This document shows, in pieces, positions 57,020 through 64,000 of a stretch of DNA of 64,000 nt; position 1 is the first letter of the stretch; every line of letters begins with the position of its first letter. A program made the translations under genes and the position numbers. The stretch is from contig NC_135655.1 in NCBI RefSeq assembly GCF_964188315.1, positions 434,001 through 498,000 of the forward strand, written 5' to 3'. The notes below the pieces were generated by a model. It saw only the letters and a program-made list of their open reading frames with translations. It made no database searches and had not been told where the DNA came from. This DNA comes from Podarcis muralis. Its lineage: Eukaryota.

Positions 57020-58133
57020 CGGCCGCCATCGCCGCCTGCCTGTGTCTCCATGTGGTGTCTCTCGCTTGTCGTGCAACATGGTGGCTGCCACCTTTCCTGC
57101 TGGGCCACGTGTCAGCAAGCCCTCTCCAGAGCACTCTTTGCCATCCCTTTTCCTTCCGTGGCCATTGCAAGGGTCTCGTTCTGAGCAGGGGTCTCCTGCC
57201 CCTGCTCTGCTCACAGGGGGGTCAGTGCCTTGGTCACTCCTGTGAGCTGGGGTGTTGTGCCACATTCCCTGTGAAGAGGGGATTTAACAGGGACTTCCAG
57301 TTTCTGCTCTGGAAGCAGCTCCTCTCTTCCTGCTCAGTGTTCATTAATGGTGGCAGGACAAGGAGTCCCCTGGGGCCATTCCCAGAAGGGGGGCTGACAG
57401 CACTCACAAAAAGGGTTCAGGGGTGTTGGGAGAGCAGCTGCAGATTCTGTGCAGCTGGAGGCTGTGACTTCTTGCAGAGCTGTATCAGTAAAAAACAAAA
57501 TTCTGAAGGCTTTAGACATACATACCTTTCTTCAATTAATTGTCCAAAAGATTTAAGCAAGCATGAATATTTGTAGAGTTTCTCCTGTTTACACAGTGAT
57601 TATCAGACATAACAACTGGGAGGCTGAGGCAAGAATGTTGCTTGTGCAATTCTGTCTCCTCTTTCTCTACCAGCAGATATTTGATTGAAATGTTTGTTTT
57701 TTCCAACTCCAGAAAGCCCTAAAGTTGACAGTATCTCACTTATCCTGTTTTCTGGGGTTTGGATGCACGCATTTCCTCTGACGCAAACTGCTCTGGGAGA
57801 TCTCTGTGGGACCTGGATGTTTAATCTCTCCTAATGGCTCAACTATATAAAAAAGATTATATAATACTGCAGGTTTGCAAAATCTTTGTAAGAAAAAGGT
57901 GGGACATTATTCTATGGAAGTATTTGAATTGAATGCATCAGGCGTAATAGGGGGTTGTGTAAGAATTACTTAGCTAAGGATGAGGACCACTATGAGCACT
58001 CAATAGGCACTATGACAATACTGATCTTAAGTGTGAAATTATTTATTTTCCTGGGGACTCCTTGCCTTAATACAAATACACTCTCTTGTGTACTGACCGG
58101 TATATATTGTGTTTGGTGGTTGAGATGAACTTC

Positions 58134-58139
58134 AATAAA
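58134..58139 (+). terminator. Possible CYB561 polyadenylation signal
   Basis: AATAAA ~1.1 kb after the stop. Confidence 0.45.
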
Positions 58140-58467
58140 TATTTGCAGCAAGTTCTTGAATTGTTTGAAGTTGAATTGTCAGTGAAATCTCAGCAGGGCC
58201 CTTTGGGACTGGATCTCGGCTGCTGGTCAAGCTACACTCCTGAAGCTACTTAGTCCTGCTTAGCTCTTTCAAGAGTCGGTCCCAAATCAAGCCCAAAACT
58301 GTTCCACAAGCCAGAGGCCCAGCCATTGCAGCATCTTTGTTGTGTTCTGCCAAGGGCAGCTGCTCTTTCTGGATTTGAAGGCAATGAAAAGGCTTGGGGT
58401 GACGACCACGCCTTGCTCATACCCAGCAAAAATATATAAAATATATAAAAGGATATATAAAAGGATG

Positions 58468-58762
58468 TCATATAGAGGAGGGAGAAAGGTTGTTTTCTGC
58501 TGCTCCAGAGAAGCGGACACGGAGCAATGGATCCAACCTACAAGAAAGAAGATTCCACCTAAACATTAGGAAGAACTTCCTGACAGTAAGAGCTGTTCGA
58601 CAGTGGAATTTGCTGCCAAGGAGTGTGGTGGAGTCTCCTTCTTTGGAGGTCTTTAAGCAGAGGCTTGACAACCATATGTCAGGAGTGCTCTGATGGTGTT
58701 TCCTGCTTGGCAGGGGGTTGGACTCGATGGCCCTTGTGGTCTCTTACAACTCTATGATTCTA
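58468..58762 (+). mobile_element. CR1 LINE 3' end (~300 bp)
   Basis: [52 protein letters not shown], then the tail ggactcgatggcc...ctctatgattcta. Confidence 0.92.
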
Positions 58763-59254
58763 AGAATGAAGCACAACATAGCTGCGTAGCCAACCTGCAG
58801 AATGTATTATGTGTAATGCACAGGACTAGCCTGCATACCGCATGTTAAAGCACAAAGACTAACAGGGTAATGCTCAGCACCCCAGTTGGAGTGCCCTAGT
58901 GCCACCAGTGTGTCCAACCCCAACTTACAGGATGCCAGGCAAAGCAAGAAGCCCGGTTCCTAGATTGGGCTTCTATATTAAGGCATGAAACAGCACACTT
59001 AATAGCAAAGTATCCGGCTTCCAGGCACTTACGGCTCTTTAGTAGTTCAGAACCTTGGACAGCAATGGACGTGGCCCCTCGCAGTCAGCCTGCAGCATCT
59101 GCACCAGCCCTGGGCCTTGCTTTGCTGCTGATTTGCGGAGTCTGAGCTGAGTTGAAGTCTTTCCCTTCCGTCTGGCTCCCTGACTCCTGCCCACAGTGTC
59201 GCACTGTCAGGAAAAGGGAATGTTAGTTACACTGTGGTTACAAAGCACGAGGTA

Positions 59255-59434
59255 CCGTATTTACTTGAGTCTAATGTGCCATCAAATCTAATGCACACCT
59301 CAATTTTCAGAACCTTGAAACCAAAAAAAGCATTTGCTGGCAAATGTAAATGTGTCATCGAGTCTAACGCAAACCTAAATATTCACAACGTGATTTGGCC
59401 AAAAAAGTTGTGCATTAGATTTGAGTAAATATGG
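59255..59434. mobile_element. Tigger/pogo-type (Tc1-mariner) MITE, 180 bp
   Basis: Imperfect terminal inverted repeats ccgtatttacttgagtctaatg / cattagatttgagtaaatatgg, flanked by TA at 59253-59254 and 59435-59436. Confidence 0.8.
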
Positions 59435-61596
59435 TAATTAGGGCATATTCAATGTGGTGTGATAATTGAGATTTGAACACAAAAGTCAGATAAACAGGTG
59501 TTATTTTGCTTTGTTAGGAGACATGGAAGAATGGAGTTAGTAAGGGATGTATAATGTAACAAGTGTTTTGGGTAAAGCCACATTTTCCCAATGCACATAG
59601 GGCTTCCCCATCATTCCCATGTCTCTCATTGCCCTTTGTGGCTGAAGTTAATTGCACTGAATATGCTAGAACATGCTGACTACCAAACGGATGGGCCACT
59701 GTCCTTACCCAAAGGAAAACCAACGACAGCAGGCTAGGGCACCCTATATTGTGAACTGCTTTGTGATCTTTGGGGGAAGGGCAGAAAACAAATTTAAAAA
59801 CAAAACAATGTAAAGTAAAGCAAAATAAATAAAGGAGGCTCTTGTCCTGCCTGCTGGCTGCTCATAGCCATGTGACCTAAGCGTCAGCTGTCATGCAGGC
59901 TCTTTCTGGTGCTGTGGACGCTGCTCCATGAGTTTCTCCCCCACTCCTCTAGTACTTTCTTTAGGAAGGAGACCTCACATATTTGCTCTGGAGCTGCTGC
60001 TGTAGACTTTCCCCACCTGTTTCAGGTGGCCCTCTACCTTGCTGAAGGTAAGTGCTCTAGAGGAACCTGCAAGGACACAAGAGGGTAAGCAGGAGGCAGA
60101 AGAGCCACTGGACTATCGGAGTCAAACAACATGAGATGCTCAGGTGTTCCATTCCTCTCCCACTCCCTCCCTTCATCAATTCTCTTATTCTTTCTCTTCA
60201 TTTTTCTTCCTTCCTTTCTTGGCTGAAACTTCTAGCAGAAGTTGAGCAGTGGGAAATGGTGGAGGGGGCAGTTTCTTAACAATTTTGCTTCCTTTTTTTT
60301 TTTTTTTTTTGCCAGAAATCCATCCCAAGCTGCATCTCCTACTGACAGGAAAAAGATAATGAGTACAGTTAAATTGTCAATGCTTTAAAACCTGCTGAGT
60401 TGTGTGAATATATCATGGTGTGATCCATGACATCAGTCCAGAGGCTTAAGCAGTTGGGAATACATCACTGTGTGATCTATGACATCAATTTAGCTTCTTA
60501 AGCAAGAAACCAGAAAATCTTAGCTTTCTTTTTTTAAAGTGTCAATAAAGTTTTTATGCCTTAAAAGAACACAATTGCTCTTACAAGTCTGATTCATGGG
60601 GCTCAGATATAATTGTACAGATTTCCAAATTTTCTCCCCTTGAGTTCATAAATTCTGAGCTTAAACTTACAAACACATATTTCAATGCACTGAAATTGGG
60701 GGCAGGATGAGGTAACAAACTTTGGTTCACATAGATCAAAGCTCAGATACCCTGAGTTTAACTACGTTGTACTAAACTTTGATTTTGTGTACCAAAAATG
60801 AATGCATTCTCAGATGGCACTATTCATTCCACCAGCATTGTTATGCTTATGTGAAGTGGGATTTTGTAGCGCAACGCCTAGAAGGCCTGAATGCAGTAGT
60901 CTTAGGAATCCCCTCGGGGACTTTGAGAAGAAGATGCAGTTTGTTTACTGCCAGGCTTGAGGCAGAAATGCTACACACTTCACCTGGGAGAAAGTCCCAC
61001 TGAACTCAGTGAGACTGGCTCCTAGTAGAGATGCATGAGATGGTACTGTAAGTTCAGTGTCTATTCTTGCTTGCATTTCTTTGATAAACTCAGATGCAAC
61101 ATGCCTATAATATTATTAGGCACTGAATTTGTATTCTCAGCTTGAATTCTGTGTGTCCCTATCACAGAAGCAGGGTATTTAAAAGAAATCTCATCCAGTG
61201 ATTTTTTTAAACGTATGGATTCCCCCTGAATTAAGATGCCATTATTGGAGGCCTGTTCACGGAGTGCTCCTCAGGTGTGCACTGAAAGCCAGAGCCACGG
61301 CACCGATGCCCAGAAGGATCTCTGGCTGCAATCCAGACAGGACCTTTGCTTCCTCAGAAGGACGGAGTTGCATTGGAATTGCCAGAAAGGGCACAGGCAG
61401 GGCAGGCAGCTGGTGAAGGGCCAGATTCCCCAGACCATGTTGGTTGCGAAGACGAGTGAGCCGGCTGCGACCCAAGGAAGCCTCTCCTCCCAGACACACA
61501 CGGGACGGAGCCACTGCAAATGCCTTACAAGCACTTCCTATGAGATAGGAATGGACCTCCAGAATAAAGGATTTATTTCTGCCTATTGCTTATTTA

Positions 61597-61953
61597 GAGG
61601 GACGCGGGTGGCGCAGTGGGTAAAACCTCAGCGCCCAGGGCTTGCCGATCATCAGGTCGGCGGTTCGAATCCCCGCGGCGGGGTGCGCTCCCGTTGCTCG
61701 GTCCCAGCGCCTGCCAACCTAGCAGTTCGAAAGCACCCCCGGGTGCAAGTAGATAAATAGGGACCGCTTACCAGCGGGAAGGTAAACGGCGTTTCCGTGT
61801 GCGGCTCTGGCTCACCAGAGCAGCGATGTCACGCTGGCCACGTGACCCGGAAGTGTCTCCGGACAGCGCTGGCCCCCGGCCTATAGAGTGAGATGAGCGC
61901 ACAACCCTAGAGTCTGTCAAGACTGGCCCGTACGGGCAGGGGTACCTTTACCT
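61597..61953 (+). mobile_element. Full-length young Sauria SINE with 13-bp target-site duplication
   Basis: A box GGTGGCGCAGTGG, B box GGTTCGAATCC, CpGs intact. TATTGCTTATTTA at 61584-61596 and 61954-61966. Confidence 0.95.
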
Positions 61954-62049
61954 TATTGCTTATTTATGTAGCCAAAGCCATTGCAAAGCAAGACACACAG
62001 AAACAAAACACACCACGCAATTAAAGTAAGAAGAATTCCACTGAGCATC

Positions 62050-62900
62050 CCCACAAACTTCTCATAAAAGGCGAAATGGCCCCCTTTTGAGAAATGCAAA
62101 GGGCGCCTGTGGCCGAACGGAAAGCGAGCGGAGGGCCCAATCCCGGGCGAAGAAGGCACCTTAAGGCCCTTCGCTCCCTCTGAGGCGGACGCTCTTCCCA
62201 CCGCCTCCTCCAACCACGACCGAGCGGCAGCTCAGAGAGGCGTCTGACTGGGCAGGCAGCGTGGCGCAAGGAGGGGCCACATGTTGACAGGCAGGCGGAG
62301 CAGCCAACGCCGAGACCGAAAAGGCGAGCGCGGAGGGAAGCTCAGAAGCGCCTCTCGCGCTGCCGCCTCCGAGGTTTCCCGCCCTTTTCTTCGCTTCGCC
62401 TGAGGCGCTGGAAAGGGCGGGAAGGAGGCGGCGGCGAGGAGCGCCGGGGCGGGTGTCCCTCGCCCCCTCGGGAGAGCGAAGCCCTGGGCGGGTCCCTCCT
62501 CAGAGTTATCCCGCGGAAGTCGAGGAGGGCCCCGCCGAGGAGCTCGTCTAAGCAAGCGTGGGGAGGCGAGGAGAGGAAGGCCGCGCTCGCCGATCCCAGC
62601 GGCCATGGACAGACTCCCGCGGAAGCCCGGGAAAGAACGGAAGACATTCTGCCTGGTTCCTTCCAAGCCTGCAAGAGCTTTGGGCGCTTGGTCTGGCATG
62701 TTTTGGCTGCCCCAGGACTCCTCGCGTCGCCTCTCCAGCCAAGAGTCGGGTGCCCTTTGGAGACCTGCCCTGTGGGTCGAGCCCACTCCGGAGCCCAGAA
62801 AGCGCCGGCTGTTGGCGGCCCCTCTCGCCTCGCCTCGCCCCCACCCGCCCCCTCTGACTACCTTTCGGGCGCAAAATCTACCGTAACTCCTCTGTGGGGA
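62050..62900. promoter_or_regulatory. CpG island, likely promoter of an unidentified gene
   Basis: Dense CpG with CGGAAG motifs; no protein recognised on either strand. Confidence 0.55.
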
Positions 62901-63449
62901 GATAATGTCATGTTTCCCCTGTCAAGAGCAGAGATTTAGAAATAATCAGCAGTATGAAAGTGCTTATGTCATTTGAGTAGGATTAGGCTGAAATAGAAAC
63001 CATGGAGATGAGGAATTCTATCTCTCGCAATCAAATTAAAGCGTTTCTGCCTTTTGTGAAATGCCAGCCTTCATTTGCCTTAATAGGTTGTGACAACTTT
63101 AGGCTTTGGTGAAATCCTCTTAGTAAGAATGTGAGGTGGCTTCTTTGTTCTCCACCCTGTAATCATGGAGCGAAGAACAAAGGTGACATCTCTCGCCTTT
63201 GTAGAAGCACTAAGAGTGCCTCCTGCAAGTCTGGAATAGTTTTAGCTTTGGCATAGTCATATCCGTTTCTCAATGGATGCAGCATGCAACTCTGGATAAC
63301 CTGAATTAAGAAAGAACAAGGATTACAGGGGGAAAAGATCCCAAAGTTTCAAGCAGTGTGATACCAAGGTTTTGTGGCAAAATATTTGTGAAGTCAGGAG
63401 TCCTGCAAGGGGCATCCAGGCATAGAGTGCTTACTCTTGAAGTGACCCA

Positions 63450-64000
63450 CCTGCTGCAAATTTCATACAATACTCCAGTGAAACATCAGGAACAACTACC
63501 GTGGTCAGAAATACTCAGAGAGAAGGGAGTCCAAGACTGATGGGAGCTTCCTTAAGATGAAATTTTGAAGGTCCGAATGCAGATATTTCCAACAAGAAAG
63601 AAAAGTGGGAGGCATCTAAGGAAACTGGTGTGGCTACATAAGGAGCTTACAGATGAACTGAGAGTTAAGGGAATGTATAAGAAATAGAAGAATGGATAAA
63701 TCACAAAGGAGGAGTATATATGAGTAGCCAATAGATGTAGGGTGAATGTCAGGTGGGCTAAAGCTCAGTATGAGCTCAGGCTTGCTAGAGAGGTTAAAAA
63801 TAATAATAAAGGTTTATTCAGCTATGCTTGAAGGAAGAGGAAGAACAAGCAAGTGCTAGGTCATTTGCATGGAGAAGACAGAGCAATGCTCTTGGGTGAC
63901 AGAGAGAAGGCGGAACTGCTTAACATAGACTTTCTGTCTTCACACAAAAGGAACCTAGTGACAAAATAAATGATGCAAAAAAGGAGTTGTAGCTCATGAA
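63450..64000 (+). mobile_element. Degenerate CR1 ORF2 fragment (EN-RT linker), running off the window
   Basis: Decayed ITKEEY..VANRCR..V..AKAQYELRLAREVKNNNKGLFSY...DREKAELLN with stops and frameshifts. Confidence 0.8.

Noticed and set aside
60026-60047. 22-nt plus-strand micro-exon-like segment (TTTCAG|...|GTAAGT)
   Set aside because: Good splice sites but no gene context; it lies past the probable CYB561 poly(A) signal and could be chance.
61597-61680. tRNA-like A/B boxes here and at ~6300 and ~42315
   Set aside because: These are SINE heads followed by SINE bodies and LINE-type tails, with no full cloverleaf.
1-64000. CRISPR arrays, operons or prokaryotic defence systems
   Set aside because: The sequence is spliceosomal-intron-containing vertebrate DNA. 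There are no regularly spaced repeat-spacer units.

Overview
This is eukaryotic, intron-rich, GC-rich vertebrate DNA. Sauria-type SINEs, BovB, CR1, L2 and Penelope remnants point to a squamate, probably a lizard (inference). I reconstructed the genes by hand from splice signals and recalled vertebrate orthologue sequences. In order they are: exon 1 of a CYP2-family P450 (-, rest off-window); CWF19L1 (-, 14 coding exons); ERLIN1 (+, 11 exons, head-to-head with CWF19L1); TUBGCP2 (-, 17 exons); ZNF511 (+, 6 exons, head-to-head with TUBGCP2); a CYB561-type gene (+, 5 coding exons); and an orphan CpG island near 62 kb. The strongest oddity is a full-length, two-ORF, RTE-X-like LINE in CWF19L1 intron 4. 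Its ORF1 and ORF2 are in frame and separated only by one UGA-CUA stop, with no AUG ahead of the endonuclease domain, which suggests stop-codon readthrough. Other highlights are two inverted Penelope termini each carrying a minimal hammerhead ribozyme, a perfect 137-bp inverted repeat behind ERLIN1, a SNORA12-like H/ACA snoRNA candidate, and GC-AG first introns in both TUBGCP2 and ZNF511. No CRISPR array, rRNA or true tRNA gene was seen. Most short ORFs in the supplied track are spurious, and many start at non-ATG codons.
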